In this document: piece by piece, positions 1-7,106 of the stretch | Layout of the letters: each line of letters begins with the position of its first letter | Numbering within the stretch: the stretch's first letter is position 1 | From: a virus | DNA: 64,000 nucleotides | IMG/VR virus record: IMGVR_UViG_3300032607_000125 | Span: 1 to 64,000 of that record | Direction: 5' to 3' (one strand) | Translations under genes and position numbers: made by a program | Notes under the pieces: generated by a model | The model's database searches: none | The model's input: the letters and a program-made list of their open reading frames with translations, nothing else | Told to the model about the DNA's origin: nothing

Positions 1-702
1 GGTAATAATAGCTTGTCAATGACAAATCTAGTATCAAATACTGGAGTAGTATCAAATGACGTTGCAGGTGTTGGAACTGCTCGTATGTATTTGACTGCTG
101 CTGGTTATGGTGGCGATAAAGCTATATTTGGATATGGTAGAGGTGTGTCAATAAGTGAAGTCTATTCTCAAACAAATCTAGTATCAAATGCCGGCGTGAT
201 ATCAAGTGACGTTGCTGGAGTTGGCACTATACGGCATAGTTTAGCTGCTGCTGGTTATGGTGGTGATAAAGCTATATTTGGGTATGGAATTAATGTGTAT
301 AATGTTTATTATACACTAACTAATCTTGTATCGAATACTGGAGTAGTATCAAATGACGTTGCAGGTGTGGGCACACCGAGACAAGGTTTAGCTGCTGCTG
401 GTTATGGTGACGATAAAGCTATTTTTGGGTATGGTTCAACTAGTTCGGGTAATTCAAGTATTACAAATCTAGTATCAAACACTGGTGTAGTAGCAATGGA
501 TACAACTGGCGTAGGAACTGGGCGGTCAAGATTAGCTGCTGCTGGGTTTGGTGGCGATAAAGCTATCTTTGGATATGGGAGTGTTGGCAATGCATATAGT
601 AATTTAACAAATCTAGTATCAAACAGTGGTGTTGTATCCAATGATGTTACTGGCGTTGGAACTGCTAGATATACTCCAGGTGCTGCTGGTTACGGATCAT
701 AA
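1..702 (+). CDS. Repeat protein (about 50-aa Kelch/propeller-like repeats), 5'-truncated by the window edge
   Basis: Frame 1 is open from base 1 (GNNSLSMTNLVSN...). It carries repeated TNLVSNTGVVSNDVxGVGTxR-xx-LAAAGYGGDKAIFGYG units and stops at TAA 700-702. Confidence 0.75.
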   Translation, partial: GNNSLSMTNLVSNTGVVSNDVAGVGTARMYLTAAGYGGDKAIFGYGRGVSISEVYSQTNLVSNAGVISSDVAGVGTIRHSLAAAGYGGDKAIFGYGINVYNVYYTLTNLVSNTGVVSNDVAGVGTPRQGLAAAGYGDDKAIFGYGSTSSGNSSITNLVSNTGVVAMDTTGVGTGRSRLAAAGFGGDKAIFGYGSVGNAYSNLTNLVSNSGVVSNDVTGVGTARYTPGAAGYGS

Positions 703-711
703 GGAAAATAA

Positions 712-1626
712 ATGACAAGTTTAGTATTAACAGGCATTCAATATTTTGGCGGTTTCATTGAAACTTCTGCATACGCTTCAACGCAACAAGCTATTTTTGG
801 GTTTGGTACAATATCAGGATATGGCGAAGGATCTATAACAAATCTAGTATCAAATACTGGATTAGTAGCAACAGATACTGCAGGAGTTGGAAGTCCACGC
901 CAGTGGTTAGCTGCTACCGGTTTCGGCGGCGATAAAGCTATATTTGCATTTGGTAAATTTGGCGCTAGTTCTTATACTACTATAACAAATTTAGTATCAA
1001 ATATTGGAGCAGTAGCAACAGATATTACTATCTCAGCAACATCTAGATCATATTTAGCTGCTGCTGGTTATGGTGGCGATAAAGCAATCTTTGGTTATGG
1101 CGAAACGTATAGTTTTACATATATTTCATTAGTAAACTTAGTATCAAATACTGGAGTATTCTCTAGTGATGTTACCGGTGTTGGAACTGCCAGATATGCT
1201 TTAGCTGCTGCAAGTTATGGTGGCAATAAAGCTATATTTGGATATGGTAATAACGATAATGGAGACTATTCGTTGACTAATCTAGTATCAAATACTGGAG
1301 TAGTATCAAATGATGTTACAGGTGTTGGAACGCCACGTAGATTTCTATCTTCTACAAGTTATGGTGGTGATAAAGCAATGTTTATGAATGGCTTTATCAC
1401 CAAGGTAATTAATCTAGTATCAAATACCGGAGTTGTTGCTACCGATACAACTAGTGTTGCCCCAAATAGAACATACGATAGCGCAACTGGTTATGGCGGC
1501 GACAAAGCTATCACTGCAGCTAATGGCGCTGCAAATCTAATATCTAATGTTGGAATAATAGCATCTAGTATAACTATAGCCGGTAGTGGGCGTTATGCCG
1601 GTGCCGCAGCAAGTTTCTCTGTATAA
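712..1626 (+). CDS. Paralogous repeat protein (propeller-like, probable virion/fibre-tip protein)
   Basis: SD AAGGA upstream; about 6 copies of the same repeat unit as the preceding gene. Confidence 0.8.
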   Translation: MTSLVLTGIQYFGGFIETSAYASTQQAIFGFGTISGYGEGSITNLVSNTGLVATDTAGVGSPRQWLAATGFGGDKAIFAFGKFGASSYTTITNLVSNIGAVATDITISATSRSYLAAAGYGGDKAIFGYGETYSFTYISLVNLVSNTGVFSSDVTGVGTARYALAAASYGGNKAIFGYGNNDNGDYSLTNLVSNTGVVSNDVTGVGTPRRFLSSTSYGGDKAMFMNGFITKVINLVSNTGVVATDTTSVAPNRTYDSATGYGGDKAITAANGAANLISNVGIIASSITIAGSGRYAGAAASFSV

Positions 1627-1668
1627 AATTTATGTGTATTTTAAAAATGAAAAAGGAAATTAATAATT

Positions 1669-2271
1669 ATGGCTTCTAAATTAAACTCTGAATTTAACTA
1701 TCGTTATCAGGTAATGGGTGAAACTGTGTGGGAAAAGATCAAGATTCTCAAGGGATTCTTGGAGGGCCGTATTCGTGCTGCATGTCTAGAAGAAGTCTCT
1801 GAAATTAAGTATCAGGCTAAAGTAGCTGAATTGGAACACCTTAGAGACATTAATGCACTGCCGCATGTGATTCTTAATCTACGTGCTGAAATTCTAGAAT
1901 TTGAATCAGGGCTACCTGCGCAGAATGAAGCGTTTGCGCTCAATAGAGAAGAAATTGAAATGCTTAAGCGTCTATTGGCGGAATGCTTTGAGATTGCAGA
2001 ACCAACTAGAATTCTTGGTTATAATGATGAACAAATGTTTGAAGCTAACGCTGCAAATGAATTCACTGCTATGATTGGAAAAGAAATCCAAGCAGAAATT
2101 ATTGCGACAGGTCATCCATCACCAGCTAAACTTCGCAATGCAATGTCTAATCCACATACTTTCCTTGCACTACAGAAAATTGGATTAATTCCAGAAAATG
2201 CAATGATGTTGGCTAGTAGTCATGATCCACTTAAGATTGAATTCACCCCACTTCAATTGGAGAACAAATAA
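1669..2271 (+). CDS. Hypothetical helical/coiled-coil protein
   Basis: 200-aa ORF with SD AAGGA, contiguous with its neighbours; no recognised family. Confidence 0.7.
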   Translation: MASKLNSEFNYRYQVMGETVWEKIKILKGFLEGRIRAACLEEVSEIKYQAKVAELEHLRDINALPHVILNLRAEILEFESGLPAQNEAFALNREEIEMLKRLLAECFEIAEPTRILGYNDEQMFEANAANEFTAMIGKEIQAEIIATGHPSPAKLRNAMSNPHTFLALQKIGLIPENAMMLASSHDPLKIEFTPLQLENK

Positions 2272-2678
2272 TGTATTTTCTTTGTACTGTAACTACTGCA
2301 GCATTAGCACAAATGTATGGTAGTCCGGAAATGCCAGGCCAACCTGCAAAAGCACCCACTGTAGATTTTAAACTAGTCTTCATTGCACAAGCAACACCAG
2401 TTTGCTTGTCATATCTTGTCTTATCACAGAATGAACATCCTAGTCTAATTAGACAAACCTCAATTCCTACTGGATACGAGTTTATCTTTAGACAAAGCTG
2501 GGGTATGGCACTCAATGAAGAAGTTCTTCACCGCGTAGTTCAGACATTGCGTGCAGAAGCATATCCACCAATTGCAGATTATCTTGACGCAAAAGTCAAA
2601 AGCGATGCTGCACAGGAAGCTGCGTATATTGCGGCATGTCAAGCAGTGAAAGCACAGCATCCAAAATTTACTTTTTGA
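2271..2678 (+). CDS. Hypothetical protein with a fibre-assembly-chaperone-like C-terminus
   Basis: TAATG overlap with the upstream gene. The C-terminal RAEAYPPIADYLDA...ACQAVKAQHPK resembles small fibre-associated proteins of tailed phages. Confidence 0.6.
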   Translation: MYFLCTVTTAALAQMYGSPEMPGQPAKAPTVDFKLVFIAQATPVCLSYLVLSQNEHPSLIRQTSIPTGYEFIFRQSWGMALNEEVLHRVVQTLRAEAYPPIADYLDAKVKSDAAQEAAYIAACQAVKAQHPKFTF

Positions 2679-2679
2679 T

Positions 2680-2708
2680 TGTACTTTAATTCGCAGATAA
2701 GGTATAAT
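2680..2708 (+). promoter_or_regulatory. Sigma70-like early/middle promoter
   Basis: TGTACT (2680-2685), 17 nt, TATAAT (2703-2708). Confidence 0.65.
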
Positions 2709-2718
2709 AAATACTATC

Positions 2719-2748
2719 CAAAGGCTCCTAAAGGAGCCTTTGTTTTCT
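2719..2748 (+). terminator. Intrinsic terminator-like hairpin
   Basis: CAAAGGCTCC-TAAA-GGAGCCTTTG 10-bp stem followed by TTTTCT. Confidence 0.6.
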
Positions 2749-2821
2749 GCCCAAACTAAAAGGCTTATTGGCAAAAGTCTTCCGGGAACGTAGAGGCAAC
2801 TCTAACTACTAAGGAGAAATA

Positions 2822-3340
2822 ATGCAAAAAGTATTATTCACAATAGTCATTATGTGCACATTATTTATTTTGCACAATGACACATCGCGTAATGATTTAA
2901 TCGTATCATATAAAATTCCAAAATATGAACATTTATCAAAAGAAGAAAAAAGAGAAGTTGACTGTTTAACTACTAACATCTATAGAGAAGCAGGTATTGA
3001 ACCAGAAGCGGGCAAAATCGCAGTTGGATTAGTTACCATGAATAGAGTTAAAGCACCTGGTTTTCCAGAAACCGTGTGTGAAGTCGTTAAACAAAAAAGA
3101 AAGAGCACATGCCAATTTTCTTGGGTGTGCATGAGGAAATTACCAGACATCAATCAACAGATATATAGCTATAGCAGAAGTCTTGCAATTAAAGTCTTCT
3201 TCAATCATCATGTAATCGAGGATACGACTCTGGGCGCGCTTTTCTATCACGCCAATTATGTTCGCCCGCGATGGACTAAACTTGAAGTGACTACTATAAT
3301 TGGTAGACATATATTTTATAAACCTATCGGAGAAGCATAA
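2822..3340 (+). CDS. SleB/Hydrolase_2-family cell wall hydrolase with N-terminal hydrophobic segment
   Basis: CLTTNIYREAGIEPEAGKIAVGLVTMNRV...FPETVCEVVKQ...CQFSW...GALFYHANYVRPRW...IGRHIFY motifs; SD AAGGAG. Confidence 0.9.
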   Translation: MQKVLFTIVIMCTLFILHNDTSRNDLIVSYKIPKYEHLSKEEKREVDCLTTNIYREAGIEPEAGKIAVGLVTMNRVKAPGFPETVCEVVKQKRKSTCQFSWVCMRKLPDINQQIYSYSRSLAIKVFFNHHVIEDTTLGALFYHANYVRPRWTKLEVTTIIGRHIFYKPIGEA

Positions 3341-4053
3341 TGGATATTTTAGATATGATTGGTCCAAAGTCACACGCTAATGGCTATTTTCCCAATAAAT
3401 CTCTTGCAAACGTGCATGAGTTTTATCTCACTGGTACTATTGAAGAAGCTGCAAATTATCTAGAATGGTTTGATGCTATTCGTCATGCAGGCGAACATGA
3501 TCTAATTAAGATCTACATCAATAGTTATGGTGGTGATATGTTTACCGCTATTCAATTTATGCGAGTTCTAGCCGACACTGCTGCTACAGTAGTATGTTCT
3601 GTTGAAGGCGCATGCATGTCTGCAGCTACCATGATCTTTATGTGTGGTGATCAATTTGAAGTAACTCCACATTCGGTGTTTATGTTCCACAACTATTCTG
3701 GTGGTACCATTGGCAAAGGTGGAGAAATGATTGATCAACTTATGCATGAGCGTCGTTGGTCTGAACGTCTAATGAATGAAATCTATAAAGACTTCATGAC
3801 AGATGTTGAAATCAAAGCGATGTTAGACAATAAAGATATGTGGATGGACGGCGAAGAAGTTGTAGTTCGTATGACAGCACGTATTGCAAAGATGCAGAAA
3901 GATGTAGATGCTGCATTAAAAGCTGAAGAAGCCGAAGAAGAAGAACAAGTCAAGCCAAAGAAAACGACTGTTAAGAAGGCACCTACTAAACGCCCATTAG
4001 TTAAAAAGCCTGCAGTTAAAAAGACTCCAACAAAAAGAAAACCTGTACAATAA
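3340..4053 (+). CDS. ClpP-like serine protease (S14 family) with acidic and Lys-rich C-terminal extension
   Basis: YINSYGGDM, CMSAA (Ser), MFHNYS (His) and KDMWM (Asp) match ClpP motifs. Confidence 0.85.
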   Translation: MDILDMIGPKSHANGYFPNKSLANVHEFYLTGTIEEAANYLEWFDAIRHAGEHDLIKIYINSYGGDMFTAIQFMRVLADTAATVVCSVEGACMSAATMIFMCGDQFEVTPHSVFMFHNYSGGTIGKGGEMIDQLMHERRWSERLMNEIYKDFMTDVEIKAMLDNKDMWMDGEEVVVRMTARIAKMQKDVDAALKAEEAEEEEQVKPKKTTVKKAPTKRPLVKKPAVKKTPTKRKPVQ

Positions 4054-4072
4054 ATCATAATTATGGTATAAT
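4044..4072 (+). promoter_or_regulatory. Sigma70-like promoter of the tRNA gene
   Basis: TGTACA (4044-4049), 17 nt, TATAAT (4067-4072) with extended -10 TG. Confidence 0.7.
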
Positions 4073-4083
4073 TATACCATACT

Positions 4084-4158
4084 CTGGCGTTCGTTCAACG
4101 GATAGGACAAATCTCTTCTAAAGATTTAATGGTGGTTCGATTCCACTACGCCGGACCA
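4084..4158 (+). tRNA. tRNA-Arg(UCU)
   Basis: Cloverleaf: acceptor CTGGCGT/ACGCCGG, D arm GTTC/GGAC, anticodon arm AATCT-CTTCTAA-AGATT (TCT), T arm GGTGG-TTCGATT-CCACT, encoded 3' ACCA. Confidence 0.95.
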
Positions 4159-4177
4159 TTTTTATTAGGACTATATT

Positions 4178-4399
4178 ATGGCATACGTATCAGTTGATGT
4201 AGACGTTGATCTTGAAGAGTTTAGTGATAGCGAACTTTTAGACGAGGTACGAGATCGTGGGTTTACTATCTCATCACTAGAAGAATCTACAACACTTGAA
4301 GAAGACCTTGTAGTGATCTACCAACTGCATAGACTAGGACGCCCGTATGATCACCTGATGGATGCTTACATCTATAAACACCTAGGCAAAATAATTTAA
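4178..4399 (+). CDS. Small acidic hypothetical protein
   Basis: 73-aa ORF with SD AGGA. Confidence 0.7.
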   Translation: MAYVSVDVDVDLEEFSDSELLDEVRDRGFTISSLEESTTLEEDLVVIYQLHRLGRPYDHLMDAYIYKHLGKII

Positions 4400-4403
4400 G
4401 CTA

Positions 4404-4432
4404 TATACATTATATCGTCTTTATGGTATAAT
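4404..4432 (+). promoter_or_regulatory. Sigma70-like promoter
   Basis: TATACA (4404-4409), 17 nt, TATAAT (4427-4432) with TG extension. Confidence 0.65.
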
Positions 4433-4438
4433 AGATCC

Positions 4439-4663
4439 ATGGCAAATGCACACTTTCAACAAAAAATCGCATCCGACGAACTTCGGGATACTATCTTCTT
4501 TGTCACATCTTCATATTCAAATAAAGAAAAAGCTAAAGATTTTGTAACACTTAGAGTTCCAAATCTTGAAGTTAAAATCACTAATTTTAAAAATATTATC
4601 GTCAATGGTAATAAGTGTAAATCAGTGTATGAAGCAAAACTAGCAATTATGAAAATGCTATGA
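4439..4663 (+). CDS. Hypothetical protein
   Basis: 74-aa ORF directly after a promoter; ATGA overlap with the next gene. Confidence 0.7.
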   Translation: MANAHFQQKIASDELRDTIFFVTSSYSNKEKAKDFVTLRVPNLEVKITNFKNIIVNGNKCKSVYEAKLAIMKML

Positions 4664-5004
4664 TAATTTATAATAATATCAAAAAACGTAAACCACAAAA
4701 ATTAAACGCAACTCAACGGCAACTTGCTAGTGAATGGGAAGCTATTGTTAATGGTTATAAACCAAAGAAACAACTGAAGCAATCTACGTCTACTAAATTA
4801 GATTACACTTTAAGTGATGGCCCACGTGGAAAATCGCCTAATATTAAAAGTCTAGGTGAATGGATAACTGGTTCAGTATCTTCTAAACCAAATCAGCAAT
4901 ATACTGGCGATAAGATATTGGGTATTGGCACACTACATAAATCAAATGCTATTCCAGTCTTCACCGATGAAGAAGCTAAAAGTCTTGCCTCCATGCGGCG
5001 CTGA
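4660..5004 (+). CDS. Conserved T4-like hypothetical protein
   Basis: The C-terminal YTGDKILGIGTLHKSNAIPVF motif is typical of a small T4-like phage family. Confidence 0.75.
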   Translation: MIIYNNIKKRKPQKLNATQRQLASEWEAIVNGYKPKKQLKQSTSTKLDYTLSDGPRGKSPNIKSLGEWITGSVSSKPNQQYTGDKILGIGTLHKSNAIPVFTDEEAKSLASMRR

Positions 5005-5005
5005 T

Positions 5006-5034
5006 TGTACATTTAATCTTAACTATATTATAAT
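5006..5034 (+). promoter_or_regulatory. Sigma70-like promoter
   Basis: TGTACA (5006-5011), 17 nt, TATAAT (5029-5034). Confidence 0.7.
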
Positions 5035-5039
5035 AAACT

Positions 5040-5306
5040 ATGAATCGTAAACAGTTTGAATCTAACATTGCAGATGCGCATCTGTATAACCAACCGCAAA
5101 AGATTGAAGAAATCTTTATTGAGTTAATTAGTATGCGAAGTAAACTTGATCGTTGGTTTACTAAGTATATTGATATGTTTGATGAAAGAATGGCAGTATT
5201 GCCAACAGACAATCCTATCTGGAAATTGTATAACGTTAAGTTTGACGAGTATAGTGAAATCAATCAAACAATTAAAACTGCCGAATATTACATGAAGAAA
5301 GCATAA
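5040..5306 (+). CDS. Hypothetical protein
   Basis: 88-aa ORF immediately downstream of a promoter. Confidence 0.7.
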   Translation: MNRKQFESNIADAHLYNQPQKIEEIFIELISMRSKLDRWFTKYIDMFDERMAVLPTDNPIWKLYNVKFDEYSEINQTIKTAEYYMKKA

Positions 5307-5307
5307 T

Positions 5308-5523
5308 ATGTTTAAAGGTGCCTCCTCATTTTCTCTTCACATTGAAGAAATCGTAAAAGAATCTAGAGTATCGCATATGGATGCAGTACTAAAATACTGC
5401 GCTGATAACTTTCTAGAACCAGATGACATTAAAAGTCTGGTGAATAAGCCTCTAAGAGATAAGATTGAACGTGATATGCGTGAAGCAAATCTTCTTCCTA
5501 AACAAGCAATGTTGGATGTATGA
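5308..5523 (+). CDS. gp33: Late transcription co-activator
   Basis: FSLHIEEIVKE...HMDAVLKYCADNFLEPDDIKSLVNKPLRDKIERDMREANLL; lies near gp59 and gp32. Confidence 0.85.
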   Translation: MFKGASSFSLHIEEIVKESRVSHMDAVLKYCADNFLEPDDIKSLVNKPLRDKIERDMREANLLPKQAMLDV

Positions 5524-5789
5524 AAATAGAAATGGTCATGTGCCATGCAACATTGATGTCTATGTTGCTTCGTCCAGAAGAATTGCAAAACGCTGTTAAT
5601 AGTTATACTGCATCTGCGCCGGATGTACAGAATGAGGGTTTCACTGGATACATGGAAACTAAAGTAACTTTTCATGTTAAAGATCTAGAGAAATTCTCTG
5701 CACTTTATAAAAGTGCTTATGTATACCCATCTGATCGCACAGCATGGTATTTTAAAGTAAAACGAGGACTAATGGAGTGCATTAAATGA
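5520..5789 (+). CDS. Hypothetical protein
   Basis: 89-aa ORF with ATGA overlaps at both ends. Confidence 0.6.
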   Translation: MKIEMVMCHATLMSMLLRPEELQNAVNSYTASAPDVQNEGFTGYMETKVTFHVKDLEKFSALYKSAYVYPSDRTAWYFKVKRGLMECIK

Positions 5790-6058
5790 GTACAGATATT
5801 GACAAAGAAAAACGTAGTCGACGTCTTCATAATGATGAGACCTATATCGCTAAGCAAGTAAAGATTGCTAAGTCAAATGGAATTCCAGTAAAACCAGGTG
5901 AAGAACACAAGTATCATAAACGTAGTGGTGTAACATGCGGTGATTCTAATTGCGTGATGTGTGGCAATCCACGTAAGTTCTTCAGTCAATTGACTATGCA
6001 AGAAAAGAATTTTATTCAAACGGAGCAATGGACTGATGACACCGAATCCAAGTTGTAA
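5786..6058 (+). CDS. Hypothetical basic protein with a CxxxxCxxC motif
   Basis: HK...TCGDSNCVMCGNPRK; translationally coupled to the upstream ORF. Confidence 0.7.
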   Translation: MSTDIDKEKRSRRLHNDETYIAKQVKIAKSNGIPVKPGEEHKYHKRSGVTCGDSNCVMCGNPRKFFSQLTMQEKNFIQTEQWTDDTESKL

Positions 6059-6251
6059 ATTAGAGTGCAAATTTAGCACTTCATTTGGTATGACTACCGC
6101 CATGTACTGCCCTCCAGTCTATGATAAAGATGGAACAAATCTTAATACTGACATGAATATTACTTCAACGACTGTAGATTGTTCAGTTTGCAATAAATCA
6201 TGGTCAAGTTCTACTCGTGCCGGCACTTCTACATTTGATGAAATCTTGTGA
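6036..6251 (+). CDS. Small Cys-rich (putative Zn-binding) protein
   Basis: CxxxC...CxxC; fills the gap up to gp59 with a GTGA overlap. Confidence 0.55.
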   Translation: MTPNPSCKLECKFSTSFGMTTAMYCPPVYDKDGTNLNTDMNITSTTVDCSVCNKSWSSSTRAGTSTFDEIL

Positions 6252-6850
6252 TTGACGCATTCTCTACATACAAATACTTTATGGCTATCAAGTTGCATTT
6301 TACAACTGATCGTTATGATGTATTCCAAGCTAACGGAAAAGTCTCTGGATCTAGAGCAACGTTTGAAAAGCGTAACGATAGATTCTTATTTGATAAGATT
6401 GGACGTAAGTTTGATCAACCCCGCGAATTAATTGATTACTTTGTAGCTAACTTTGCTTATGGCAATAAGAGTGTAATCTATTCAAGTGAATCAACTGATT
6501 ATCATGAAGTGTGGACTAAACGAAAAGAGTCTCGAACTCATATGTTTAAGATGCAAATGTCTGATATTCAAAGACATCTTGAAAACAACAATCTTAAGTA
6601 TGAAGATTTGTTTAATATAGATAATAATGTACCAGAACTTTTGAGTCTATATGTTGGCGGACATGTTCACTTAGAAACTATGGTTATCTTAGACCAATTT
6701 GAAAACTTCCTCCAGCAATGGGAACCACTTGTTATGCTTTGGGGCGATCAACTCCGTATCATCAATAAGACAAAAAAGTTTGTCAAGTTTGACCAAATTA
6801 AGATACAATCAATCTATCAACAATATAAAGAATCATTCGCAGAACTCTAA
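6248..6850 (+). CDS. gp59: Helicase loader
   Basis: YKYFMAIKLHFTTDRYDVF...FEKRNDRFLFDKI...YFVANF; GTG start; lies upstream of gp32. Confidence 0.88.
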   Translation: MIDAFSTYKYFMAIKLHFTTDRYDVFQANGKVSGSRATFEKRNDRFLFDKIGRKFDQPRELIDYFVANFAYGNKSVIYSSESTDYHEVWTKRKESRTHMFKMQMSDIQRHLENNNLKYEDLFNIDNNVPELLSLYVGGHVHLETMVILDQFENFLQQWEPLVMLWGDQLRIINKTKKFVKFDQIKIQSIYQQYKESFAEL

Positions 6851-6851
6851 C

Positions 6852-7082
6852 ATGGGCCGTACTCTACATAATCACAATGATCAAGATGATGATCGCAAAA
6901 GCAAAACTAAATTTGCTAAACATGCAAAACACACTAAAAATATCCCAGGAAGTGGGATGCGTGTTATAAATAGATGGTCAGAGGAATCAGAACCCGTCGA
7001 AGATTTAGACTATGATAGTTTTAATCTAGACGATGATGGTGACTATGACGATGACACAGCAAAATACTTCGCAAAATCGTAA
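6852..7082 (+). CDS. Small protein, basic N-half and acidic gp32-like C-tail
   Basis: ATG 6852 follows the gp59 stop (the ORF track start at 6699 overlaps gp59); ends DDDGDYDDDTAKYFAKS. Confidence 0.7.
   Translation: MGRTLHNHNDQDDDRKSKTKFAKHAKHTKNIPGSGMRVINRWSEESEPVEDLDYDSFNLDDDGDYDDDTAKYFAKS
6965..6972 (+). promoter_or_regulatory. T4 late promoter upstream of gp32
   Basis: Exact TATAAATA about 135 nt before the gp32 start. Confidence 0.5.
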
Positions 7083-7106
7083 ACAATCGTACACTAAGGA
7101 AAATAT

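Noticed and set aside
1-1626. Diversity-generating retroelement acting on the repeat genes
   Set aside because: No reverse transcriptase or non-coding template repeat is present in the window, and the differences between copies are not restricted to adenines and include length changes.
2750-2815. c-di-GMP-I riboswitch resemblance (GCAAA-like words)
   Set aside because: The GAAA tetraloop/receptor and P1-P2 pairing could not be built; kept only as an unspecified structured leader.
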